From IMG/VR virus record IMGVR_UViG_2595698871_000001, positions 109,443 through 173,442 of that record: a stretch of DNA of 64,000 bases, one strand, 5' to 3'. The notes under the pieces are model-generated. The model was not told where the DNA came from. It did not search any database and was given only the letters and a program-made list of their open reading frames with translations. This document shows, piece by piece, positions 16,267-24,815 of the stretch (the first letter of the stretch is position 1; the number at the start of each line of letters is the position of its first letter). The stretch is from a virus (Duplodnaviria; Heunggongvirae; Uroviricota; Caudoviricetes). The position numbers were made by a program, and so were the translations under genes.

Positions 16267-18169
16267 CGAAGATGTCCGGGTTGAGGATTTCGGGTTCCAT
16301 GTCGATGAACGAGCCGTCGAGCTTACCCGAGCGCACGCCCGGCGTCGGTGCCTCATAGCGCGGGTTGAGCAGGTCCATCTCCAGGCGGTGGCGCTGGTAT
16401 TCGTTATGCGAGTTGTACCTGTACTTGTTGTGGTACATCTTGGACGCGTGTTCCATGGTCTCCTCGGGCGGCGCGTAGCTGCGCCCCCGCCTGCCGCCGC
16501 CGTAGTCGTAGTGCGGGCTGCGGAAGTTGCCGCCGAACTCGCGGTCCGACAACGCCGCCTGCTGCTGCAACCGGTCGCGGAACTTGCCGTAGCGCGCCGT
16601 CACGGCCGCGTGGTAGAGGCCCACGTCCGCCAGGAGCTTGATCAAGGGCTTGAACGACTTCTGCCCGTCGGAGAACTCCGTCACCGCGTCGACGAAGGCC
16701 TGGGCCGCCTTGACGGCCCTGGGCGAGCCGCCCAGCCAGGACAGAATTTGACCGCCCTCGACGTCGTAGCAGGAGCCGTTGATCGCCCAGCCGCGCTCGG
16801 CCTCGTCCCAGGTCCACTGCGCGTTGTGCATCAGGGCCAGGACACCGAACGGATCGTAGCGATCCTTGCCGTCGCGCAGGACCCCAAAGCCGAACTTGGT
16901 CTTGGCCATCAGCCCCGTCCATTCGGCCATGATGCCGGCATCCACCGACATCTGCTGGAGCAGCTTCTGGAGGTAGCGCACGTTCGCCGGCACGTCGGTG
17001 CTGGTGCTGTCGCGCACGATCGTGCCTTGGAACGTCGTCCACGCCTCCAGGGTGCAGAACCGCTGGTGCAGCGGCTGGCGATCGTATTCCTGGCGCACGT
17101 TGTCAAGCTGCGCGAACTCGTCGAACGCGCCATAGCCGCCGTAACGGTCCCGGCGCCGATAGTACATGTCGCCGCCGACCTTCATGATCGGCATGTCGGC
17201 GTGGGCTTCGAAGATGTTGCCCAGGTCGTAGTAGCCGTCGTAGTCCCTGGTCTTTTCCAGTTCAGCGTCGGGGATCGCCCACAGGCCCGTCCACTCGCCG
17301 TCCGGACCCCAGAGGAAGAGGTTGGCCATCGGCCCCATCTCCTCCACCGTCGGGGTCCGCTCGGGCAGATAGGGCGCGAAGTGGTGGGCGTTCTTGTGGA
17401 TGAACTCACGCACGTGGACTTCGTAGCGGTCGCTCGCGCGCCCGTGACGGCCATACATATCGTGATGGATCGAAGACATCTTGGTGTCCATGTACTTGAG
17501 GGGCGAGGCGGCCAGCCAGCGCATCATGTCTTTTTGATAGGGGCGCAGCGACAGGGCTTGATGGTCACGCATGATCTCGGCGGCGGTCTTGCCCTGCGCC
17601 TTGTGGCTGGTGACGGGGAAGCCGTAGAGCTTGTCGACCATCTCCTTGAGCCGCGACTTGCCCGCCTGACGCGGGGCGACGTGTACCGTGCGGCAGAGGT
17701 TGTCGAACTTGGCGTCCAAGGGAGCAGGCCAGGGGGACGGCCAGGGCGCGTCGAACGCGGTGACGTCCTGCAACATGGCCGCCTCGTCGATGAGCCACGT
17801 GTTGTTCAGGGTGTCGTGCCCGAAGAACCGGTGAATCGTGCTGCCGGTCTTGCTGGCCGGGTCGATGCCGTAATGGACCTTGAACGGCCCCAGGGTGGCG
17901 TCCTCGATCTTGCGCTGCATCTCCTTGAGCCGCTCTTCGATCGACGGTAGGTCCGAGGCCTGCTCCAGGACCTTGATCTCCAGCGGGAACACGCTGTCCT
18001 TCCAATCGGGCTTGGCCTGGGTCGTCTTGGCGACCTTCAGCGTGTCCGCCAGCTTCTGGATCGACTTGGCCGCCTTGCCGGTCGGCGCCGGCACGAAGAA
18101 GCTGGAGGGCGCGGGCGGCTCCTTGAACAGGCTGAAGACGTCGGCCGGCGGGGCGCTGACCTGCTTCAT
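16256..18169 (-). CDS. large hypothetical protein (about 637 aa; W/Y/H/R-rich; unknown function)
   Basis: Long ORF with good codon usage; start set at M58 so it does not overlap the upstream gene; no recognised motifs. Confidence 0.55.
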   Translation of the reverse strand: MKQVSAPPADVFSLFKEPPAPSSFFVPAPTGKAAKSIQKLADTLKVAKTTQAKPDWKDSVFPLEIKVLEQASDLPSIEERLKEMQRKIEDATLGPFKVHYGIDPASKTGSTIHRFFGHDTLNNTWLIDEAAMLQDVTAFDAPWPSPWPAPLDAKFDNLCRTVHVAPRQAGKSRLKEMVDKLYGFPVTSHKAQGKTAAEIMRDHQALSLRPYQKDMMRWLAASPLKYMDTKMSSIHHDMYGRHGRASDRYEVHVREFIHKNAHHFAPYLPERTPTVEEMGPMANLFLWGPDGEWTGLWAIPDAELEKTRDYDGYYDLGNIFEAHADMPIMKVGGDMYYRRRDRYGGYGAFDEFAQLDNVRQEYDRQPLHQRFCTLEAWTTFQGTIVRDSTSTDVPANVRYLQKLLQQMSVDAGIMAEWTGLMAKTKFGFGVLRDGKDRYDPFGVLALMHNAQWTWDEAERGWAINGSCYDVEGGQILSWLGGSPRAVKAAQAFVDAVTEFSDGQKSFKPLIKLLADVGLYHAAVTARYGKFRDRLQQQAALSDREFGGNFRSPHYDYGGGRRGRSYAPPEETMEHASKMYHNKYRYNSHNEYQRHRLEMDLLNPRYEAPTPGVRSGKLDGSFIDMEPEILNPDIFDDA

Positions 18170-18179
18170 CAGCGCCGCG

Positions 18180-18812
18180 CTAGGCGCCCCTAAGAGGCTC
18201 GAAAGGCTGCTCGCTGGGGATGTAGAGGGGGTGGCGAGGATGCCCGCCTTTGGACTTGCCGAGGCACTTGACTTCGACCCCGGTGATTTCGGCTTGCTGG
18301 ACCGCGCCATAGTCTTGATCCTTGAACTCCCCATGGACACCCCAGCCGGCGATGACGTCGGCCTTGGCGGTGACAGCGTACTCGAAAGCGTGTTGCAGGA
18401 AACGGGCGTTGAGTGGCCCGATCGGGTCGGGCGCGGCCTTCATGATCGCGGGCGACTTTGACCGGAAGGCGAAGAGGTTGACCACGATGATCCCGCCGTA
18501 GTCGTCGCGGCGCGCAAAGCCCATGCAGCGCCGGATGGTGTTGTCGTCGACTTGCGCGGTGGCGGTAGACGGATTGAGCATCATGAAGATCAGCAGCGGC
18601 TTGCTCGGGTCCCAGACCCGCATCAGCATGTAGCGGAAGGTCTCGCAGTCCGAGAGGATCGCGGCCTTGATCACGCCGTCCTCGATCACCACGTCGCCAT
18701 AGACGCCGGTGATCTCCGGATCGTCGATCGACAGTTCGGCGGTCCCGTCCTCCAGGACCCGCAGGAAGTCGCCCCAGGAGGGCGCGCTCAGTTGTGCGGT
18801 GATCGTCGTCAT
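18180..18812 (-). CDS. DUF1643-family protein
   Basis: LLIFMMLNPSTATAQVDDNTIRRCMGFA...GGIIVVNLFAFRSKSP...VIAGWGVHG matches remembered DUF1643 blocks (LNPS...DDpT.rrc...NLfa.R...aWG); start could be M10 (18821) or M13 (18812). Confidence 0.55.
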   Translation of the reverse strand: MTTITAQLSAPSWGDFLRVLEDGTAELSIDDPEITGVYGDVVIEDGVIKAAILSDCETFRYMLMRVWDPSKPLLIFMMLNPSTATAQVDDNTIRRCMGFARRDDYGGIIVVNLFAFRSKSPAIMKAAPDPIGPLNARFLQHAFEYAVTAKADVIAGWGVHGEFKDQDYGAVQQAEITGVEVKCLGKSKGGHPRHPLYIPSEQPFEPLRGA

Positions 18813-18859
18813 TCCTGACATTTGCCCCGAGACGGCCGGCTTTGTCAACGCTTGGAATC

Positions 18860-18890
18860 AAAAGGGCCGCCCCGCAGGACGGCCCTTTCT
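18860..18890. terminator. GC hairpin (AGGGCCG ccccgcagga CGGCCCT) flanked by A-tract/T-tract; probable terminator
   Basis: 7-bp stem; TTTTGATT on the minus strand; followed within 10 nt on the minus strand by a TTGACA-like box upstream of the DUF1643 gene. Confidence 0.45.
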
Positions 18891-19090
18891 CGACCTTACC
18901 AGACTTCGCCGAGTATGCACGTCCGCCTGGACGTCGACCGCCTCGGAGTCTGGTCTTGTAGCGCCTCTAACGCTTGCCCCTCCGCACCCCGATCAAGGAA
19001 ACCAGAAATCGGGTCGGATGGTCTAATGGGCGGCAGGTGATCGCTGGCGGTCTCTTCCGTGTAGGGCCTCCTACCACTTGCGGCTCTGTT

Positions 19091-19369
19091 CTAGGATCGC
19101 GGCGCTACGTCGTCAACCTCAAGCAGGGCCTTTTGAGCCAGGGCGCGGTTGTACTCCAGGAGCTTGCGAAGAGCCTTGCGGTCTCCTTCAGCCATGGCGT
19201 AGAGCCGCACCACGTCGTCGAAGTCGAACTCGTTGACGAGGTCGCGTAGGTCCTGGTCCATCCTGTCGATGGTCCGAAACAGGCGCTCGCGGTACTGGCG
19301 GCGCTCACGCTGGCGGCGGCGGGCGACGAGGGTGCCGATCCGCTGCCGCACGCGACGATGGCGCAGCAT
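19091..19369 (-). CDS. hypothetical protein (92 aa, Arg-rich N-terminus)
   Basis: ORF with good codon usage; ATG overlaps the upstream TGA. Confidence 0.5.
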   Translation of the reverse strand: MLRHRRVRQRIGTLVARRRQRERRQYRERLFRTIDRMDQDLRDLVNEFDFDDVVRLYAMAEGDRKALRKLLEYNRALAQKALLEVDDVAPRS

Positions 19370-19881
19370 CAGAGCGGCTTAGGCGCGTGCCAGTCCTCGC
19401 GGTCGTCGGCATAGAGCACCGACGCCAGCGGCCCGGTCCCGATGTCGCACTTGGCGGCGATCCCCACCGCCTGGGCGGCCGTGGCGCCCATGTGAAGCGC
19501 TCCCAGGGCCGACCACGTACCCGAGCCGAAGGCGTAGAAGGGCGCGCGCATCACATAGGCCGGCGCGCCGCTCTCGAACCGCAGGCAGGAGCCATCGGGG
19601 AGGATGACGTAACCGTTGGTCTCCTTGTCGGGCTTCTCGGGGCGGCCCATGTCGCAGTACGGCCCCTTGCCGCCATCCGCCAGCCACTCATCGAACTTCT
19701 CGGACTTGACCCAGTCGAGGAAGATTTGGACGTAGGACGACTCGCCCGCCGCACCGAAGAGCAGCGTGCCGCCCGGCCCGGTGCGCTTGCCGATCTTGGG
19801 AACGTCCCCGCAGGGGGTCCACAGGTCCAGCACCCGCGCATCGGCGGCCAGGGCGCCGTCTCGATAGACGATACACGTCAT
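19369..19881 (-). CDS. HslV/proteasome-beta-like Ntn-hydrolase peptidase
   Basis: Met-Thr-Cys N-terminus (nucleophile at position 2); YAFGSGTWSALGALHMGATAAQAV resembles the GSG...A.GA block of HslV/proteasome beta subunits; 170 aa; aggag RBS. Confidence 0.5.
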   Translation of the reverse strand: MTCIVYRDGALAADARVLDLWTPCGDVPKIGKRTGPGGTLLFGAAGESSYVQIFLDWVKSEKFDEWLADGGKGPYCDMGRPEKPDKETNGYVILPDGSCLRFESGAPAYVMRAPFYAFGSGTWSALGALHMGATAAQAVGIAAKCDIGTGPLASVLYADDREDWHAPKPL

Positions 19882-19912
19882 ACGTCCAAACTCCTACTGA
19901 TGTCTTCTAGGT

Positions 19913-20602
19913 TTAGCGCGGTGCGCGCGGCAGGCGGGCGGCGGCCGGGTTCTTCAGCGAGCCGGTGGTCGGCCCGGCTTGGCGAGCGCCGGCCTTGGGG
20001 TTGAAGCCCTCGGGCAGGAGCGGCGTGCGGGACTTGCCCGAAGCGGCGGCGCGCTCCTTGACGAGGTCGTCACCCCCTTCGCTCTGGACCTTGGCGTCGG
20101 AGACCAGCTTGTCGCGGCGCTTGGAGGGCGCGACGTTGTTGGACTGGACGGTGCCGTCCGAGCCGGCCGCGATCTGGCGCGTCGTCAGGTCGACGACCGC
20201 GTTGACCAGCGCCGACAGCATCGCCTTTTCGGCGCTGACCGAGGCTGCGGTCGAGGCGCCCGTGAACCCGGTCTCCTCACCCTTCGCCTTGCCGCTGACG
20301 CGCACGGTGATCTGCTTGGTCTTCTTGTTCTTCAGGAAGCCCGAGACCTCTTCGCGCGTCGAGACGTCGACCCGCGCGCCCGGCGCGATGTGCTCCAGCA
20401 GCGCCAGGGCGGCGTGATAGCTGCTGGTGAAATTGAGCGCGCCCTTGTAGCCGCTCGGGACGGCGATGGTCTTCTCGATCGTTTGATCGATGACCGTCGT
20501 GGCCAGATAGGTGGGCTCAGGATCGCGCAGGTAGGTGTCGACCTGCTCCTTCACGGCCCGCAGGCGGTTGATGTCGATTGAAAGGGCGCGGGTGGCGACC
20601 AT
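19913..20602 (-). CDS. hypothetical protein (229 aa)
   Basis: Real frame starts at the internal Met (MVATRAL) with an aggag RBS; the N-terminal 180 aa of the ORF-track entry is R/S/T-rich off-frame shadow. Confidence 0.5.
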   Translation of the reverse strand: MVATRALSIDINRLRAVKEQVDTYLRDPEPTYLATTVIDQTIEKTIAVPSGYKGALNFTSSYHAALALLEHIAPGARVDVSTREEVSGFLKNKKTKQITVRVSGKAKGEETGFTGASTAASVSAEKAMLSALVNAVVDLTTRQIAAGSDGTVQSNNVAPSKRRDKLVSDAKVQSEGGDDLVKERAAASGKSRTPLLPEGFNPKAGARQAGPTTGSLKNPAAARLPRAPR

Positions 20603-20612
20603 GGGACTGCTC

Positions 20613-21164
20613 CTATTCCTGTTCATCGATCGCCTGGGCGACCTGGGTGCTGCTGTAGCGGTAGTTGTTCCAGTGGTCGCTCGTGGCGTAGCGACCCTTG
20701 CGCTTGAGGCTGACCTCGACTTCCGGCGAGACCAAGCCCATCTTCTCTCCGGCCGCGATGAGGTCGAAGAACTTCTGCTGCCAGGGCGGCGGCATCTCCT
20801 GGAGGGACATGCGCGGCAGGGTGAACCACGCCATCCGCCCCAGGCCGAAGAAGCGATCGACCGGTGCGTAGGGCATGGGCATGTCCCCGGCATAATGGAC
20901 GACCCGCCCGTCGCTCTCCTTGACCGAGTGCGTGTACGCGGCAATCCTGGCGCGCTCGTAGGCCTCGTCTTCCGCCTGCCGGATAAGCAGGGCGCGGATG
21001 TCCTCGGGACAGCCCTGGAAGAACGCCTCATCCTTGGGGGTGAGGCAGTCGGCCAGGGCCGCCTTGAGCGCGCTGCGCATCTCATCGAGCGCCTGGGCCG
21101 CGTCCTCGTCCCGATCGGGATGGAAGTCGTCGGCGATCTCAGCGATGCGGTCACGCAGGTTCAT
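20613..21164 (-). CDS. hypothetical protein (183 aa)
   Basis: Start at the internal Met (MNLRDRIAEI) forming an ATGA overlap with the upstream gene. Confidence 0.5.
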   Translation of the reverse strand: MNLRDRIAEIADDFHPDRDEDAAQALDEMRSALKAALADCLTPKDEAFFQGCPEDIRALLIRQAEDEAYERARIAAYTHSVKESDGRVVHYAGDMPMPYAPVDRFFGLGRMAWFTLPRMSLQEMPPPWQQKFFDLIAAGEKMGLVSPEVEVSLKRKGRYATSDHWNNYRYSSTQVAQAIDEQE

Positions 21165-21622
21165 TGGCAGACCTTCACGGGGTCGACGGCCGCGACCGGC
21201 GACATGTAGGTGTCGGGGTCCCAGGCGCCGGGGACGTTGCCGCCCTCGATGTACTGGTAGTCCGGCGACGGCGGCCTCATCGAGCCGCCGTTGCTGGCGA
21301 CCTTGCCCGGATTGGGATAGGCCGATAGCCACAGGCGCCCGTCGGTGCCGCGCAGGACAAATTGCCCGCTCTGGCGGCAGACCTTGGCGATCTGCATCCG
21401 CCATGCGTAGTTGAGCTTGCGCTTCTTGGCGGCCTCGTCGCGCAGCCACTGCTCATGGCCCATCCGCGCCCACCGAGCCCTCTTGGCGACGAGGGCCTTG
21501 TGCTCGGGCGACCAGCGCAGGTTCTGCTCCTCGTCGAACGACACCGACACCGTCACCAGCAAGAGGAGGACCAGGACACCAAGCACCGGGAGCCAGAAGA
21601 GCGGATCACGCAGGCGAGACAT
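21161..21622 (-). CDS. membrane-anchored hypothetical protein (N-terminal TM helix)
   Basis: LFWLPVLGVLVLLLLVTVSV hydrophobic segment; ATGA overlap with nadV. Confidence 0.5.
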   Translation of the reverse strand: MSRLRDPLFWLPVLGVLVLLLLVTVSVSFDEEQNLRWSPEHKALVAKRARWARMGHEQWLRDEAAKKRKLNYAWRMQIAKVCRQSGQFVLRGTDGRLWLSAYPNPGKVASNGGSMRPPSPDYQYIEGGNVPGAWDPDTYMSPVAAVDPVKVCQ

Positions 21623-23079
21623 CAGGCGGGCTCGTCGACGAAGGCGTAGTCGCCGGTGTCGTAGCCGGCCGCCACGCGCTCGCGGACTTGATCCAGGGTC
21701 GTCGGCTCCAGCACCTTGCCGGTGTTGAAGACCTCGTCGAGCAGGTCGTGCTCAACCACGTCGCCTTCGTGGACCGTGATGGTCTCGAAGCCGCCATGCT
21801 CGTTGGTCACGAGCGCCAGCTTGCCCTTCTTGGACACCTTGCCCGGATCGGTGATCGGGTCCTTGAAGATGTCGACCCACTCGCCGTTGATCTCCTGGGC
21901 CGACGACTTCATCGCCCACTTGTTGGTGTCGCGGTCGAGGTCGCCCGTCGCCAGACCACCGCCGGCCGCCGTCATGATGCTGTCGGGCGCGATGCCCAGG
22001 TCCCGGCCCAGGTAGAACGGGTCCATGTGGGTGTGCTCGTTCATGCCGTCGCCCTGGAGGACCTTGACGTTCATGTTGATGACGTCCAGGCCCTTGCTGT
22101 TGCGCTGGGTGCCGAACCCGTCCGCCAGGGTCTTGAGGACCGGCGGGATCACCTCGCCCAGGCGCCCGCTGTCGGGGCGGCAGACGATGGTCAGGTTCTT
22201 GTTGGCGATCAGGTCCTTGTACTTCACGAGCTTCTTGGCGAACTCGAAGATGTTCCAGGTGTCGCCGACCAGCGAGACGATCGAGCCCACCGGCGCGCGC
22301 GTCAGGCAGTGCAGGATGTACTCGTCGTCGTTGTCGCGCCCGAACGAGCACGAGATCGAGTGCTCGGTGGCCAGCACCGAATAGGCCGACATCTCGCTGA
22401 AGTAGTTGATGTTCGCCGCGCGCACGCCGGGCACGTTGTCCGAGCCCTGGAAGTGGAAGAGGTGAGCGATGCCGGCCAGGACCGAATGGTCATAGCCCAT
22501 GGTGCCGCGCGAGGAGAAGTCCAGGAAGGCGAACGGCGACATCGGGGTGTCGCTGGTCAGTTCCCAGAAAATCTTGATCGACTGGGCGATCTTGTTGACG
22601 CGGGCGGCGATCGTCGAGGCCGTCCAGACATCGCGCAGGATCATGGTCTCGAAGTACGAGGTCAGCCAGGGCAGGCGCGGGTCGAGGTTCTCGACGCTGA
22701 TCAGCGCGTTCTTGACCGGGATCATCATGCCCTCGGGCACGGCCTTGATCCGCAGCGGCAGGTAGCCGCCGTACTCGTTCAGGATGATCTCCCAGCCGTC
22801 ACGGTTGAACGGCAGGCCATGGGCCGGCACGAACGCGGCCATCTCTTCGATGTCGGCGCGGGTGATCGGCTTGCAGAGCTTCTGGAAGAGCAGGCGCTGG
22901 AACGCGGCCAGCATCACCTTGGGGTAACGCCCGCCCCGGCTCTCGATGTAGCTGTAGACGGTGGTGCAGCCGTCGCGATAGAGCACCCAGTGACCCAGCT
23001 TGTAGCTGTCGGTGTCGGCGATCAGGTTGTAGGTCTCGACGGGGGCGACCCCGTCCCAGTTGGCGATGTCGAAGGCCAT
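21622..23079 (-). CDS. nadV: nicotinamide phosphoribosyltransferase (NadV/NAMPT)
   Basis: N-terminal YNLIADTDSYKLGHW (DSYK signature); about 485 aa, typical for NAMPT; aagggga RBS. Confidence 0.85.
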   Translation of the reverse strand: MAFDIANWDGVAPVETYNLIADTDSYKLGHWVLYRDGCTTVYSYIESRGGRYPKVMLAAFQRLLFQKLCKPITRADIEEMAAFVPAHGLPFNRDGWEIILNEYGGYLPLRIKAVPEGMMIPVKNALISVENLDPRLPWLTSYFETMILRDVWTASTIAARVNKIAQSIKIFWELTSDTPMSPFAFLDFSSRGTMGYDHSVLAGIAHLFHFQGSDNVPGVRAANINYFSEMSAYSVLATEHSISCSFGRDNDDEYILHCLTRAPVGSIVSLVGDTWNIFEFAKKLVKYKDLIANKNLTIVCRPDSGRLGEVIPPVLKTLADGFGTQRNSKGLDVINMNVKVLQGDGMNEHTHMDPFYLGRDLGIAPDSIMTAAGGGLATGDLDRDTNKWAMKSSAQEINGEWVDIFKDPITDPGKVSKKGKLALVTNEHGGFETITVHEGDVVEHDLLDEVFNTGKVLEPTTLDQVRERVAAGYDTGDYAFVDEPA

Positions 23080-23090
23080 GAGGTTCCCCT

Positions 23091-24329
23091 TTAAGCGTTG
23101 AGGCTAAGCATGCGGTCCACGATGAAGGCGTGGTCCTCGAAGGTGTTGGACGGGTCGATCTCGGAGATCGGGTCCCAGTCGGCGGCGGCGGCGTCGTCGT
23201 GCCCCTTGACCACCGGCAGGCTCAGGCCCAGAGCCGGCGGCGGGATGACGAAGTGGTAGGCGGTCGAGATGATGTGGGCGCGCCGCGAGCGGTGCGGATC
23301 GTCGAAGACCTGAGGCTCGCCCACCAGGAAGCGGCGAAGCTCCTCCATGGCCTTGAGCACGTAGCCCGGCGCGGCCGGCGGACGCAGGCCCAGCTTCTCG
23401 GCCTGCTTGCAGGCGGCGAGCCAGTGGACGAAGTTGTAGTAGTCGCGCTCGGAGATGAACAGCGCGGTCTCTTCGATGATCTCGCGCAGGCAGTTGGCCA
23501 GCAGCGAGGAGCCCGCGTTGACGAAGCCGCCGGGCAGGGCCTTCATGCCCAGGCCCTCGGCGCCGCCGCGCTCGATCCGCAGGATGTGGCCGGCGCACTC
23601 GACGACGCCGTCGACGGCCAGGAACGGACCCGGCCCCCAGCGCTCGCGGTAGGCGTCCTCGGCCTTCTTCTGGGCGAGCAGGTAGGCGTAGACCTGCTTG
23701 TCGCGGAACCGCTCCAGGAAGTCGATGGTGCTCGGGTAGAGCAGATCGCTCCAGGCGTAGCCCCGGTCGCTCCAGGAAGTGTCGCGGAAGTTGACCCCGC
23801 CAGCGAAATAGGCTTGGCGCAGGGCCGTGGCGTTGACGCCGTTGTCCTCGACCGGCGTGTAGGGCCACTGCGGGAACCACGTCAGGTATTCGCTGGTGGC
23901 GTCGCGGACGTTGCCGATCAGGGTGACGCGCGGGCGCAGGACCTTGGTGGCGTTCTTGACGTGCTGCTGGACCTGGGCGATCCACTCGTTCTTGCCGAAC
24001 GGGCCGGTGTCGTTGAGCGCGATGACCTCGGTGTTGGAGATGTGCTCCAGGACGCGGGCGCCGGTGACCTCGACATCGACGTACTCGCCGCTGAAGTCGG
24101 CCGCGATCTCCTCGGCGGCCAGATCACTGATCCCGTCCAGGATCATCGCCTTGCGCTCCTCGAACAGGAACGGGTTGCGGGTGTCGCGGGCGAGGTTGGC
24201 CGAGCCGATGAACCAGAGGACCTTGCGGGCCTTCTTGCGCGCGGCCTGATACAGGCGGAAGTGGCCGAGCTTGGTCGGCATTTGCGCCCGCGTGATCAGC
24301 ACCGCGATGTCGTACTCGAAATCCACCAT
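23091..24329 (-). CDS. natV: bifunctional NMN adenylyltransferase / Nudix hydrolase (NatV-like)
   Basis: N-terminal nucleotidyltransferase motif DIAVLITRAQMPTKLGH ((H/T)xGH-like); C-terminal Nudix box GGFVNAGSSLLANCLREIIEETAL (Gx5Ex7REUxEExGU); ATG 24329 overlaps the upstream TGA. Confidence 0.8.
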   Translation of the reverse strand: MVDFEYDIAVLITRAQMPTKLGHFRLYQAARKKARKVLWFIGSANLARDTRNPFLFEERKAMILDGISDLAAEEIAADFSGEYVDVEVTGARVLEHISNTEVIALNDTGPFGKNEWIAQVQQHVKNATKVLRPRVTLIGNVRDATSEYLTWFPQWPYTPVEDNGVNATALRQAYFAGGVNFRDTSWSDRGYAWSDLLYPSTIDFLERFRDKQVYAYLLAQKKAEDAYRERWGPGPFLAVDGVVECAGHILRIERGGAEGLGMKALPGGFVNAGSSLLANCLREIIEETALFISERDYYNFVHWLAACKQAEKLGLRPPAAPGYVLKAMEELRRFLVGEPQVFDDPHRSRRAHIISTAYHFVIPPPALGLSLPVVKGHDDAAAADWDPISEIDPSNTFEDHAFIVDRMLSLNA

Positions 24330-24754
24330 CACCTCCTAAAGGCCGGGCGGATGCGCCGGGCCGGCTTGTTCTCGGTCAATTCCCGCCCGCTGAAGGACGG
24401 GAAGGAAAGCTCGCTGATGCCGTTCTGCCGTATGGCGAACTGGCGCTTCTTGGTGTCGATCCCGTCCAGGTGCGTGCTGCGCCGCCGCTCGATCAGTTCG
24501 AGGTCGACGACGTCGCCAAACACCTTGCCGTGGAAAATCTGCCGCCGCGCCCAGGTGATGGCCGATCCCAGGTGCTCGAACGCCCTGGTCTTCTCGGCCT
24601 CCTGGAGGCTGGCGCCGTCGTGGAAGGACGGGTCCACCCACGACAGCTTGATTTCCCGCGCCGGGAGCGTCTTCACCAGGACGTTGATGGCCTCGTGCCC
24701 GTAGCGCTGGGCGAAGTCGCCCACGTCGTAGCTTTCGATGTCCAGCACCATCAT
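24329..24754 (-). CDS. hypothetical protein (about 141 aa)
   Basis: Start taken at ATG 24754 because the upstream GTG lies inside the promoter -10; ATGA overlap with natV. Confidence 0.45.
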   Translation of the reverse strand: MMVLDIESYDVGDFAQRYGHEAINVLVKTLPAREIKLSWVDPSFHDGASLQEAEKTRAFEHLGSAITWARRQIFHGKVFGDVVDLELIERRRSTHLDGIDTKKRQFAIRQNGISELSFPSFSGRELTENKPARRIRPAFRR

Positions 24755-24779
24755 GGTGATCGGCTTGGTCGTTAGGGAC

Positions 24780-24815
24780 GACACTATCGATTTCCCTCCG
24801 GCTTTGTCAACGCTT
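24780..24815 (-). promoter_or_regulatory. promoter-like element (gcgTTGACAaagccggagggaaatcgATAGTG)
   Basis: TTGACA (reverse complement of 24806-24811) and a -10-like ATAGTG 17 nt downstream; lies between the PTH2 stop and the next gene. Confidence 0.4.

Noticed and set aside
18899-19040. Possible tRNA in the 240-nt intergenic region
   Set aside because: No T-loop (GTTCRANYC) or anticodon stem-loop with U33 could be folded on either strand; treated as structured non-coding RNA/regulatory region instead.
19913-21154. Full 413-aa ORF-track entry
   Set aside because: Its N-terminal 184 aa (R/S/T/P-rich) is an off-frame overlap of the 20613..21164 gene; only the C-terminal 229 aa (19913..20602) is a real gene.
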